From the NCBI GenBank assembly GCA_013265495.1, contig MU063554.1, forward strand, positions 10,218,794 to 10,282,793: a stretch of DNA of 64,000 nt, read 5' to 3'. Position numbers and translations under genes: made by a program. The notes under the pieces are model-generated. The model worked only from the letters and a program-made list of their open reading frames with translations, was not told where the DNA came from and ran no database searches. This DNA is from Vicugna vicugna (lineage: Eukaryota). Of the stretch, positions 1 through 13,335 are shown in pieces. The first letter of the stretch is position 1, and each line of letters opens with the position of its first letter.

Positions 1-589
1 CTGGCACCAGGCAAGGGCCACAGCAGAGAGTGTGTGTCTGGGGGTGGGGGCATGAGCTCTAAAGCCAAGCAGCGGCTGGCAGCAGGGAGCCTGGGCACAG
101 GGGCCAGAGGAGGGGCCTTGTCTGCGACTCGGGACCCAGTGCTGAGCAAGCCGGCGTCCAGGCCACAGCAGGGGGTCAGAAGTGGTGCCCCGTGCATCAG
201 TCCAGCTGCCAGTGGCCTCTGTCCAGTGCAGGTGGCGTCCAGGGGTGAAGGGCTTGATGAGGTGCCCCTCCACCAAAGCTGGGCACAGCCTGGGCCAGTC
301 CCTGGGCCCGGGATCTCAGAGCAGCCTCAGCCTCTCGCCAGCGGCACCCAGAGCCCGGGCCCCCGAGCAGGAACAAGGCTGTCCAGGCCACTCTGCTGCA
401 GGAAACAGTCTTCCCGGTGTGCTGGTATGAGAGGCAGGAGATGGAATCGGACCCATGGCAGCCAGGCCGTGGCAGGCAGCGTACTATGTACAAGTCAGCA
501 CAGGAAAAGAAGACAGTGGCTCGGTGCGAGGGCCTGCCCGTGTCTGCAGACCCCAGGCAGGGCCAGTCCACGTCCACGGAGGAACGGCC
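1..589 (-). other. CCDC85C: Proximal 3' UTR of CCDC85C (continues beyond the window start)
   Basis: Directly follows the TAG stop (590-592) on the minus strand. I see no AATAAA on the sense strand in this stretch, so the UTR is inferred to extend left of position 1. Confidence 0.8.
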
Positions 590-760
<171 letters not shown>

Positions 761-1451
761 TCAGAATCACTCTCGTCCCCAGAGCCATGGGGCCAGAAGG
801 GGACACAGAGGCCAAGGGAGGCCCAGTGATCCTCAGACCAGGTCTCTGCACAACCACCTTCACCACTGCACCTCCCACCCCAAGCACGTCACAGCTGGGG
901 TGCAGACTTGGCCTCAAGGCTGTCCAGCGGGGCCTACAGACCCGGGAGGCAGCACAGGAGGGGGACTGGGAACACCCCACCCCGAGTGAGGCAAGTATTT
1001 GGCCCCTGTGAACCACCTTCCCTGTCGGCTCCCACCAGGGTCCAAGGAGACTGTATGTATTGGCAGGCAGGTCCAGGGACAATGCTTGGCCTCCCACAGA
1101 CCTGGCTTCCAAAAGCCAAGGCAGTCCCAGGCTCGAGGGTCCCACAAAGTAGAGGGCCCCGCCTATAGCCCCGGTCTGAGCACCACCTGTGCGCTGGAAG
1201 CCAGACAGGTGCCGGGGGATGGGACAGGGGCCAAGGGTCAGGACACATGGGACAATCAGTACCAGAGATCAAGGACCCCTTTTTCTGGGAGTAGGGGGAA
1301 GGGGTGGAAGGAGACGGAGAAGGGAACGTGGGGGGAGGGGAAAGTAGGGGGAGGGGAGGTGGCAGGGCTCCCAGGCCCCTGCACCTGTCCTCAGCCCTCC
1401 AGATCACCAGCTGCTTCCCCACCAGAAGGGTCGTGGCCACATGGGTCCTCA

Positions 1452-1787
<336 letters not shown>

Positions 1788-2343
1788 TCAACCCTGTGAC
1801 CCTGTGGATGCCACACAAGGGCAGCAGCACCCCTACGTCAGCAGTGGGGCAGAGCTGAGGACGGGTCACCCGGGAGCCGGATAGGTAGACAGGGGGACTC
1901 ACTCCAACCCAGGCTCCCCACTCGGGACTCAGGGCAGCCCCGGCCCACACACGTTGGGGGTGGGGGCCAAGTCACCACCCGCATGGGCTCAAGTGCGCTG
2001 TGTCTGTGCAGCCGCGCACCGGGCCTCCCTCCTGGGGTACTGTGCACTTGTGTCCGTCTGTGCATGCACGTGTAGCATCCATGGCACACGGACCCGGGAA
2101 GGGAGGAGGGGCGCAGCTGGGGAGACGTGCCCCGGGGCACACCTGGGGGCCCTGAGCAGGGGGCAGGAGAAAAGCTGGGCCCCGGGGACTGAGGTTTGTC
2201 CTAGTCCCAGTCCTGCCCACACCTCTCTGACACTGGGGGAGAGAGGGTCACCCTCCTCTACTCCAAGGCCTCACCAGTTGCTGGGGTGGTAGCTGCCGCT
2301 ACTCAGCACCTCCAGATGCCCCCACCCCATGGTGCTGCAGTCA

Positions 2344-2847
<504 letters not shown>

Positions 2848-3961
2848 TCACCTAGGAGGATGCAGAGGGCCTAGGCTCCAAACCCAGGCGGCCGGACTCC
2901 CAAGCCCCCTCTCCCTTCCCCAGGCCCTGCCCCCCCAGGGCACTCCTGGGACTTCCATCCCTGAGCCCAGCCTCCCAGTCCTGTCCAGCCACCCAGGAAA
3001 GGCCACCTCACTCGGCAAGCACTCTAACTGGCAACAAGGTACCCAGTTGCAACATCCGCCTGGGGGGCTGTGGGACAAAGCCAAAAGAGGAGGGGTCGAG
3101 TCCCCTGGCTCCCTGCTGGCCCAGAGGCCAGCTTCTCCCCTACAAGGGGCACTGGCCCAGGTGGCCATAGGGCAGGAGGCAGGGCTTCTGGCTGGGGCTG
3201 CAGGGGGACCCCAGCCCCAGAGTAAGGTCAAGAAAGGCTCAGGGTCACACGGAAGGAGCTCACACACGAGGAGACTGATGGAGCCCCAGGGCCAGAAGGA
3301 ACCAGAGGTGAGAAGACAGTGGGAGTGGGCCTGAGGAGAACCCACAGGTGCCAGAAGCCAGAAGGCAATTTCCAAGAACGCCTCAGGGTGTGTGCGGGGG
3401 CAGGAGAGACCCTGGCACTGTGGCTGTCCTTTCCCTGTCTGAGTCTTGGTTTCTTTCTCCACCAGTGGGCCCCGAAGACCCTTCCAGCGCCCTGGCCGCC
3501 TCAGTGAGTTCAGCTGATGAGGCCACTGCCCTGGGGTCCTGCCCAGCTGGTCTGCACTGTGCGGGGACCATCGGGGCCTGGAACTTTCCGCCACCAGCAG
3601 CCAAACTCTGCACTCTCCCCACCTGCTAGCATGGCCTGGACCTGCTCCCAGGACCTCAAAGGCTCGCCAGGCTCCTGGCTCCATGCAGAAGGCAGACCCC
3701 ACAACCTTGGAGTCGAGAAAGCTGGGCCTGACCCACTCTGCACCTCGGTTTTCTTGTCTGGACAACAGCAAGGGTCCCTGCCTCCCAAGGTGTGTGTAGA
3801 GTCTGGACACTCTTTCCCCGGCTGCCTGGCCTCTGGTGTCCAGGTCGGGTGTGTCACATGGGGGCCAAACCAAATAGGGTGAGGGGGGGTGAGGGGGACA
3901 GGTGGGGGGTGGGCCACACGCTGGTGTGTGACCAGAGGTTGAAGGCTGCCCTCCCCATAAA

Positions 3962-3976
3962 GGCCAGCAGGGGGCG
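3962..3976 (+). promoter_or_regulatory. CTCF core motif match (copy 1)
   Basis: GGCCAGCAGGGGGCG closely fits the CTCF core CCASYAGRKGGCR. Motif only; binding not shown. Confidence 0.45.
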
Positions 3977-4601
3977 ACAGTTGCACACATACAGCCCTGG
4001 AAGGTGGCTGACCCTGGGCACCTCTGGCCTCAGTCCAGTCTGTACCTGGGGTTCCCTGAACCACCTGCTCTGTAAGGGGGCTGACTCCTGAGCAAAGGCA
4101 GGAAGGAAGCCAAAAGCAGCCAGGGTAGGCTGTGCAATCCAGCTCTCTCCTGGCCCACCTCAACACTGCCCTGGGGTCCTGCCCAGCTGGTCTGCACTGT
4201 GCGGGGACCATCGGGGCCTGGAACTTTCCGCCACCAGCAGCCAAACTCTGCACTCTCCCCACCTGCTAGCATGGCCTGGACCTGCTCCCAGGACCTCAAA
4301 GGCTCGCCAGGCTCCTGGCTCCATGCAGAAGGCAGACCCCACAACCTTGGAGTCGAGAAAGCTGGGCCTGACCCACTCTGCACCTCGGTTTTCTTGTCTG
4401 GACAACAGCAAGGGTCCCTGCCTCCCAAGGTGTGTGTAGAGTCTGGACACTCTTTCCCCGGCTGCCTGGCCTCTGGTGTCCAGGTCGGGTGTGTCACATG
4501 GGGGCCAAACCAAAGAGGGTGAGGGGGGGTGAGGGGGACAGGTGGGGGGTGGGCCACACGCTGGTGTGTGACCAGAGGTTGAAGGCTGCCCTCCCCATAA
4601 A

Positions 4602-4616
4602 GGCCAGCAGGGGGCG
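4602..4616 (+). promoter_or_regulatory. CTCF core motif match (copy 2, created by the duplication)
   Basis: Identical GGCCAGCAGGGGGCG in the second copy. Confidence 0.45.
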
Positions 4617-5026
4617 ACAGTTGCACACATACAGCCCTGGAAGGTGGCTGACCCTGGGCACCTCTGGCCTCAGTCCAGTCTGTACCTGGGGTTCCCTGAA
4701 CCACCTGCTCTGTAAGGGGGCTGACTCCTGAGCAAAGGCAGGAGGGAAGCCAAAAGCAGCCAGGGTAGGCTGTGCAATCCAGCTCTCTCCTGGCCCACCT
4801 CACTGCACTGACAGCAGATACTAAGGAGAATGTGCCCCGGGGTCCTGTAAGTAAAGCCACCATTGGACACTGGTCAGGACTGTGACCTTCAGCGCATTTC
4901 CCAAGCCCAGCTCATCCCCAAAGGCCTCCCGTGCTGGGGAGGACCGCAGACTGGAAAGCCTAGTGACACCTCTGGCCTCCTAAGTGCCCGCCTGGAGCAG
5001 AGCAGCCCACTGAGCGCTGATGACAA

Positions 5027-5110
5027 CCCATCTTTCTACGTGCCCTTTTTACAGAGGAGAAGAGTAAGGCTGCACGCCTTGCCCAAGGCCAAACAGCTAG
5101 TAACCAAGGG
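5027..5110 (-). mobile_element. MIR SINE fragment
   Basis: ttttacagaggagaagagtaaggct...cttgcccaaggccaaacagctagta resembles the reverse-complemented MIR core. Confidence 0.6.
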
Positions 5111-5189
5111 GTGTGCGCCTCCAACCCAGGTCTGTGGGACTCCAGAGCTGATGCCAAAAGTGGGGAGACGAGGGAACTCCCTGGAGAAG

Positions 5190-5645
5190 TGAACACAGGC
5201 ATCCACACAAGTACCTGCCCAGGGGTGTTCAGAGCAGTGCTAGTCACCATAGGCAAAAAAATGAAACAAACCAACACAGAGCAACTGATGGGCAGATAAA
5301 CAAAACGGGGGGCACCCACACAATGGAATGTTACCTGACAATAAAAGGGAACGAAGTTCTCACACTTGCTACCGCGTGGATGAACCTCTGAAACATGGCG
5401 CTACGTGAAAGAAGCCAGTCACCCAGAATGACATACTCATCACGTGATCCTGTTTATATGAAACACCCAGAAGAGGCAAAAGCAGAGGCAGAAAGTAGAT
5501 GCGTGGTCGCCAGGAGTTGGGAGGACGTGGGACGGGGAGGGGTTGCCAGTGTGTCTGGGGGTTCTCTCTGGGGTGATGAAAGTGTCTTCCTGTGGTGACT
5601 GCACAAATCTGTGAAGGCACTAAAAACCACTGAAATGGACACACA
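5190..5645 (+). mobile_element. Old L1 3' end (L1MB-like)
   Basis: Diagnostic L1M 3' UTR blocks: cacaatggaatgttac, tggatgaacctctgaaacatggcgctacgtgaaagaagccagtca, gcagaaagtagatgcgtggtcgccagg, ggggtgatgaaagtgt, aaaaaccactgaa. Confidence 0.8.
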
Positions 5646-7039
5646 AAAATAGTCAATGGACTAAAAAACAGCAGGGAAACCAGTTTCCTGGAGGGACCTG
5701 TCAAAAGCCTGCTCCCCTCAGAAGGCTGATGAGCACAAAGCCCCCTCCACCACCCCCCACCCGGGTCCACCGACAGGCAGAGGGTGGGCAAGAGGGTAGG
5801 GATGGGGGGAAAGCCAGCCAGGCAGACGGGGGGTGTCGCCACCCACAGGGTCACCCGTTCACCTCAGGACTCTGACGTGTAAACCTGCAGGTCGCCTTAC
5901 AGAAGACATGCCCATGTGTGGAAGAGGTCGTGCCCCCCAGACTCAGGGCAGAGGGTCTCCCCACACAAGCCTCACTCTCCCTATAGCCCATGTGCCAGAC
6001 AGGCTCTCCAGGGCCCTACAAACACCCCAAGAGGCCTGGCCCCTCAGACTCCACCTCGGCTGTCTCTCTCCTGCCACCTCAGCAGCCTTCTCGCAAGACA
6101 TCCTAACCCTCTCCCCGACCCCAGGACCTGCCCCCGAGCCCTGGTGGAGCTTCGTGCCGGCCCCTGGTCTCCAGACGCAGGCTGGCCCGGTGCTGGCACA
6201 CACTCACCACGTGACCCTGGCCAACCACCCCGTCCACCCCCTGGGCCTCAGCTTCCTTCCCTCCGAAGTGGGGTGACAAGCTGTGGTGTGCTGGGCAGTC
6301 TCAAGGGGGCACAAGGAGCCCCTCTTCAGGCCTCCTCCAGGAAGCCTTCTGGAAGCCTCCCAGCCTCAGATGGCACTGAGCAGCACTGTCAAGGCCTCAG
6401 AGGCTCACTCAGCCTGGGGGAGTGAGTGCCCTCTGCTCACACCCTGCAGGCCTGGCACATCACAGGAGCCAGCCAAGTCTGCACAGCCCTTTACAGTTTG
6501 CAGCTCACTGAGAAGGCTTCGGTGCACAGCACAGCTAGCTGTTAGGATTTCCACAAATCAGCAGTATGAACAGAGGGCAAAGGGAATGAAGGGCTGGAGA
6601 GCCACCCTGTGGGGGTGAGACTGAGCTTTTCAGAGCCTTCATCACAAAGCAATCGGGGCCTCATTCAGCCACGGGGCTCCCGGATAAATATTTGGATTAT
6701 CTGCCGTCAGTAGACCCTGCTGCCTGCACAGCGCCAGCAGCTACATTCCTGGAGAAGGTGCGAGAGCCTCTAAGAGCAACAGCAGAGTGCTCAGGCCCAG
6801 GGCGGGGGGCACCGGGGGTCGCCCTTGCCAGCCAGGGTGGAGGAGATATGGCAGGGCCGGGGCCCTGGGGGAGAGTCCAGGCCCGCCTTGCAGAGTGACC
6901 TCAGGCCAGCTCGGTTTTCCTCTGTTCCATGGGGACAGTGAGGCCCCTGCCTTGTTGGGGGGCTTGTGTGTGTAGAGAGGGCCCTGCCCTGCACTGCGAG
7001 TGGCAGATGCTCAATAAACACATCCCCAGAGCACATGCG

Positions 7040-7190
7040 AATTCATGAGTTTTGGGAGGCGCTTTTCAGCGTATTCACAGGTTTGCATGACCATCCGGTA
7101 GAACATTTTCATTCCCACCCACCTCCCCGCTCAGCCCCCGGCAACTACTAAGGGACTTTCTGCTTCTATCAATCTGTGTTCTGAACACGA
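7040..7190 (-). mobile_element. Old L1 3' fragment (L1MB-like), antisense to +
   Basis: tagaacattttcattccc...ctcagcccccggcaactactaa...ctttctgcttctat is typical of reverse-complemented L1MB 3' UTR. Confidence 0.6.
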
Positions 7191-7730
7191 GAGGTCACAC
7201 AGGGATGATGGGCGCATACGCACAGGGAGCGGTCCTGAGCTGGCCCCAAGCCGCCCTCCCTTCCCATTCAGGGCAGGTCAGAGCCAAGGTGAGAAGCCAG
7301 GAGAAACTCGGAGGTCCCCCGTTGATAATGAAGCACATGATCATAAACTTGCGCTCCTGCCCTACCTCCGTTACAAAGCCTGGGGTAGCGACCCCCACGT
7401 ATATATACTGCAGCCCCACCCCGAGCTCCAGCGCCAGCCGGACATTCTCTCCCTGCTGTGTCCCAGGCTCACGAGCTGCACAGAGACTGCGGCTGGGCCA
7501 GCAACGTCCCTCCGGCATGGGCCTCTACCTCCAGCCCCGCACTGGGCCTTACAAAGCTTCAGGGTTGAGGGCCAAGGAGCAGGGCTCAGGCCACGTCCTG
7601 AGCAGGCGGGGGATGAGGAAGGCCGCTCTGGCTGTGAGCCCACGCCTTGACCTGGAAGGAGGTTGGGCAGAAGCGGAGGATCCCAACGCCGGCTCAGCCA
7701 AGAGCTGTCCACGTGGCCGGCAGGTCACTA

Positions 7731-7943
<213 letters not shown>

Positions 7944-10900
7944 TTAGAGGTGGGGGGGCGGCGCTGAGGGGGCCGAGGACTGTTCCCCGTCAGGACCTCG
8001 ACTGCTGTCCCCTCCACAAGATGGGACATTCCTGCTGGGTCTTCCACGGGGCTCCCTCCCTCAGGAAAGGCAGGTTATCTGATCTGCTCCACGCACCTGC
8101 CTGGAGGCCCCTCCCCAGGGCCCTCCCTCCCCCACCCCGCTTTATCTGTCCTCACTGCTGTCATCAGGAGCCCTTTACATCTGTCTCCCCACGCAGGTGT
8201 AGGAGCCGGAGGCCAGGGGCTTCACTTCGCTCCCTGCTGTGTGCTTCATAATCGTTTGCTGAATGGCTGAATAATCAAGTGCATGAGTGCATGGCTCTCC
8301 ACCCCCTACGCTCAGTCCTCTGCTGCAGCATCCTGCACTCAGGTCCCCGTAAGGCCTGGGGAGTGCCCTCCCCAGACCATGGGGACCGAGTCCATGGGGA
8401 AGTCCTCCGGCCTCCACGGTGCTGGGGGTGTCCGCAGGGCGAGCCTGCACAATGCTCTGCTCACACTGCCCACAGCCTCCACTATCGGACCAGAGCTCCC
8501 AAGTGTGAGCCCTGGGCCTCGGCCCTCTGTAGGTACAGGAGCCAGTGCGAGCAGGGCTCCTGACTAATGCCCAGGGTGAGCATAGAGGGGTTGGTGAAGG
8601 AATGGACAAGCACATACTTGGCTTTAGGTGGTGGTTCCCCTTGGGGCAAAGCAAACCCTTCCTCCCAAGAAGCTGGACCTGGAGAGGGGAGGACCCAGGG
8701 GCCTTGCTCAATCCAACACAGGCCCCCGGTCCAGATGAGCAGATACCTCCGCCTTCGGGCCCCTGTGTCACTAAGACCCTGAGGTGGTGTTTCTGACCCA
8801 AACACCCTCTTCTACTTCAAAGGAACTGCGGGAACACCACCAGGCAGATAAAATGCAGTGGAATGTCTCATCAACCAGCAGGCTGTTGAGTTGCCCAGAT
8901 GAATCTTAAGGGGATGGGGCCAGGGCTGGGGAGAGCGAGATGGGGCAGCAGCCACACCGCAGGTCCCTCCTCCGGCTCATCAGCCCCTGGCGCTCTGCCC
9001 ACAGGGACCTGCACACACTCCGCTTCCCTCCTGCCAGCCCTCAACCCAGGCTCCCATTTCTCACAAGGCCTCCAGCCTCGTCAGCTCCTTGGGTCCCGCC
9101 ACCCCCATCAGACCCCGGGTCAGCCTCCCAGGTCTCATGGTCTCAAGGGCTTGGCCCCTGTGTCTGTAGGTCAGGGAGTGAAGTCTCATAAAGGAAGGCA
9201 CCCCATTTTCAGAAAGGCAGTCACTCTTCTGATTAACCCACCCCCATCCCAGGTGCCGGCCGGCCAGAGCAGAGAACAGCCGTCCAGCTGAGAGCTGCTC
9301 CCGTGGTCTAGAGAGGACCGGAGTGTGAGCCAAGGCCACCCAGGGGCACAGGGGAGAGAAGCTGGGCCCCACCCTCCCATGGTGGCCCCAAGGTGTGGCA
9401 GGGTCTCACAGGGACCTTGGGCACTGCGCTCGATCGTAAACTGGGGCTGCCATGCCCCATCATGTCCTGCTTTGGTTAACAAGAGGCTTTAGGGCCCAAG
9501 ACATGTTAATTCTCCCAGGCCCAGCCAGGGGTCTGTCTGATCAAGTGGAGCCTTGACCACCAGGCACCCAAAGAGAAAGTGGCTCCGCACCCCCAGCCCA
9601 GCACTCGCCCACCCTGCCACGGGGACTTCCTCTTCAGGGCGCCCCTGCCTCCCAGGGCGGGGCAGTCACTCCCAGCTCCACTTAGAGGCTAAAGTCCTAA
9701 ACCGAACTGTTTTCTTGGCCAGGGCTCAGAGACAGTTACAAAATCGTCTCCAGTGGAGAGCACGTTCTAAACCCAGCACACCTGGGTGTGGGTTTAGAAC
9801 TGAACGTCCACACCTGGGGCCGCAGGCCACCCACCTGGGCCCTGGCACACTTGCAGCTGCCTTGCCAGGCCGAAGAGAGAACACCAAGAGACCAGGCATA
9901 AGGCCCAACATACACACACACTGATGTGTGCGGCCACACGCCCACCAACCCCTGAGGCCAGGACAGCGGGTGGCGCCCTGTCCTTACCCGCACACAGTAT
10001 AGGCTCTGGGCCGAGCCTCACCTCCTCCACAGCTTCTCCAGCCCTGGACAGAATGAGTTCAGAAGCGGCCTGTGTGTTGTTACTTAAAACACTGGTTTGT
10101 GTGTCTCCTCCCTACTCCCCCAACTCTGACAATTTCTTGGGGAGGAGGTGTGTGAGCAGGGTGGGTGGGGGAGATTTTAATTAGCAGCATGCAACTCCCA
10201 CCGCTGCCTTCAGTGATGTCTATAAGCATTACTTGTGAGCCCACAGAGCTTTATCAGCAGGCCACAAAGCTGGCGGGAACACACAGCTCTCATTATGGGC
10301 AACACAGCTAATGATGCATCGAAATGAGGAATCATAATTGCACTTAAATCCAAATTAAAAATCCTGGTGTTTGCCCATTGGTGCCCTGGAAGAATGAAAT
10401 CCCTAGGTTTCCACTGTTCAGGGCAAGTGGAGCTGAAGTGGCCTTCAAGGGAGCAGGGCCCACACCTGGGGGCGCGTGTGGCCAAAGACAGGGCAGGAGG
10501 AGGGGCGCACCACCTCCTCTGCCCTGCCCCAGCCTCCCTGGCGTGGGTCCCTCAGGACACAGGGCGGCGGATCTGACACACGGAGCAGGAGCAGGAGTGC
10601 TCAGATCCTTAAAAGGGAAGGGAAGGATCCAGTGTGCAAATACTGCAGGGCCTCGTCCACCCCATCCAGTACCCGCCTCCAAGGGCAGCACCAGAGTTCT
10701 GGACCGAGAGGAAGACCTAGGAGGCTGCAGGGCCCCCCCTCCCATTAAGGGTGCCCCAGGCCTCCATCCAGGGCCGTCACTGCCAGCTCCCCAGCTCAGA
10801 GCTGGCCACGGCCAGGCTGTGTGAACTCAGGCGACCACAGCATTTTTGGGCTTCCGTGGTGCTGCGACCAGGCTCCCAGCAGCAGGAGCACCCCAGCCAT

Positions 10901-12479
10901 CGCCTTCCCAGGGGCTCCTGCCTGCAAAGCCGGGGGGTTCCCACCTGCAAAGCTGGGGGGGCTCCCTGGGGGCCACTCCCAGGTACATCTGGGGAGCACT
11001 GTCAGAGGAGGTGCTGAACAGAAATGGGCCAAGGGAGAAACTCAGAGAAAAGGAGGCGGCCCACCCACCTCCATGCCCCTCCACTTGGGGCTCCTTGCTG
11101 GCATGGGGGCGGGGGGACCCTTTTCGGGCTGGCTCAGAGGCAGCTACTCTCACCCTGGCTTCCTGCTCCCAAAGGGCTCTCAGCCCTTCGAGTGGACCGT
11201 ATGCCATCACAGGATGTGTTCAAGAGGCACCTACTGTGTGCACCCAGGCAGGGAGGCAGCACCAGCAGGTGCAGTGAGGCCTGCAGCTATGCGGACTCAG
11301 GGTGAGCACTGACAGGGGAGCCTGGAGTCCTCACTGGGGAGACTACCTACAGGTGACTGCTTGGACCCCCAGACCCAGGAGCCCCAAGCCAATGTGTCTG
11401 CAGTGACCAGGGGCAGGACACCCTCAGAGGAGACGGTCCAGAGTGACATCGGACACAACCCTCAGCCTGCCGGCCCTCATGACACAGGAAGGTGTTGGTA
11501 TCTCCAATCTCAAATGACACCGGGCCTGCTTTCCAAAACTGTTACTCAGGATGTAACACCTCCCTCCGAGGGGCGGCAGGGCTGCACCACTCGGTGGGGG
11601 TGGGAGCCCAGCACTGGGCACCGTGGGGCTCTTCCCACCTTCAGGCGTCCCTGGAAACCTCGCTCAAGGACCTGGGCCAGCCAGGAGCCAGCGCCAACTC
11701 CCGTGGCTTTGGCAAGCCCCTCGTCTTTGGGTTCTCCTGCAAAGCGGGAATCAAGACCAGTCCACCGTCCTCGAAAGCTGGGCGGATCCAGTGAGAGAAG
11801 GGGCCCAGGCAGAGCACCATGAGAGGCTGCTTTCTCAAAACTCTTTGGCCATTATTCTGAAAACCTAGGAATTGCCACCAGCTGGGAGAGGTCCTACAGG
11901 CAGGGCCAGGGCACCCTGGGTGGTGGTCAGCTCCCAGGAGGAAGGGAACGGAGGGCACTGCGGGAGTACCCAGAGCAGGCAGGGCAGCACACAGCACCCC
12001 CAGCAGCCCCCACCCCACACATCACTCCAAACAAGTCCCTCCAGGCGGCTCTACCTGAAGCCAGCTTCTCGCACGGCCGTAGGGGCGGGGCAGCTGGAAG
12101 GCAAGAGAGCAGTGTCACCCAGCCAGCGCCAACCACGACCTCACCTCTGCCCTCCCACCCCGGGACACCCATTAGCCCAAAGCCACCAGGACCTTGGCTG
12201 GGTTGGAGTGGGGAGGGGTGGGATCCAAGGGCCAAGGTGGGGGCCCCCAAGGCACCTCACAGGAGCCCCATGCCTTTAGAAACTCCATATTCAACAAAGA
12301 CTGACACTCCAGGCACTGGACACTGGGCCCCCCCTCCCCGCGGCCCACACCAGAACAGCTGCCCTTCTGAGAGGCACTCCAAGATCCCAGCCAGCCAGGC
12401 GTCTGGCCTCTGCTCTGTCCTCGGGGCGAAGGTGGCCTGCGAGGTCCCTCCCAAGAACACAGAGGTCCTACAACCAGAT

Positions 12480-12674
12480 TGACCTTTTCTTCCTTTAATT
12501 TTAAGAGAACTCATTTGCAGCCTATTAAACAAAGGGCTGCAGCATGACCTCAGGGGGCCCAGAGGATTCCTCCGACTGACCTTTTCTTCTCCCTTTAATT
12601 TTAAGAGAACTCATTTGCAGCCTATTAAACAAAGGGCTGCAGCATGACCTCAGGGGCCCAGAGGATTCCTCCGA
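12480..12674. repeat. Tandem duplication of a ~97-bp AT-rich unit (12480-12575 and 12577-12674)
   Basis: The copies differ only by small indels in low-complexity runs (cttcc/cttctccc; G5/G4) and are separated by a single C. Confidence 0.95.
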
Positions 12675-13204
12675 ATTAGTGCTCAGATTAGGCCGTGTAG
12701 ACTGTACGTGTGGTTAACGTAGAACTAGTATTTCTCATCCGCAGCAGCACTGCTCCCCTCCTCCACATGCAATTTTGGGTCCTAAATCCCGTTTTTCAAA
12801 CTCAGGTGTGTGTATTGCCCAGAACACACAGCCTGTGGCTGACGGGCAACACACAGACCAGGTCTCATCCACCACGATGACCGTTGACCCCTCTCGGGTC
12901 CCCTCGGCAAGACCATTGCTTGTTCCGACGAGGTGAGGGAGGGACAGGCCAAGTGACCTCCGCAGAGGGATGTGGAGGACTTTGGAGGGCGCAGATATTG
13001 CAAAATCCAAATCCCTCTGTGGCTGTTGGATCTGAGCAACTTACCAACTTCCGAGGTCTCTGCTCGCATGTAAATTGGAGTCCAGAAGTACACTGAGCGG
13101 CTGGATAGCCCACAGGTGAGGTCACAGTGGCTGACTCATGACCCTTACTGCCAGCCAGCCTGGTCCTCGGTGCTTTCTGTGATTTACCCTTTAATCCTGG
13201 GACG

Positions 13205-13335
13205 GGCACCATTAGTGTCCCCATTTTACAGATGGGAAAACTGAGGCACAGAGCAATTAAGCCATTGGCCCAACACCACCCAGCTGGTTAAGCGGCATTC
13301 TGGGGATGTGAACCAAGCCCTCTGGCTTTAGAGTT
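13205..13335 (-). mobile_element. MIR SINE
   Basis: ccccattttacagatgggaaaactgaggcacagag...ttggcccaacaccacccagctggt matches the reverse-complemented MIR core. Confidence 0.8.

Larger units (their letters stand above)
3524..4802. repeat. Tandem duplication, two 639-bp copies (3524-4162 and 4164-4802), period 640
   Basis: Direct comparison of the copies: I see only two substitutions (T3875/G4515, A4104/G4744) and a single A (4163) between them. The ORF track shows the same peptides twice at a 640-nt offset. Confidence 0.97.

Noticed and set aside
2848-3990. 380-codon minus-strand ORF (and the twin ORFs 3510-4262, 4030-4863, 4160-4630)
   Set aside because: Low-complexity Pro/Gly/Trp/Cys-rich translation, no recognisable domain, intronic. 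The repeated peptides simply reflect the 640-bp duplication.
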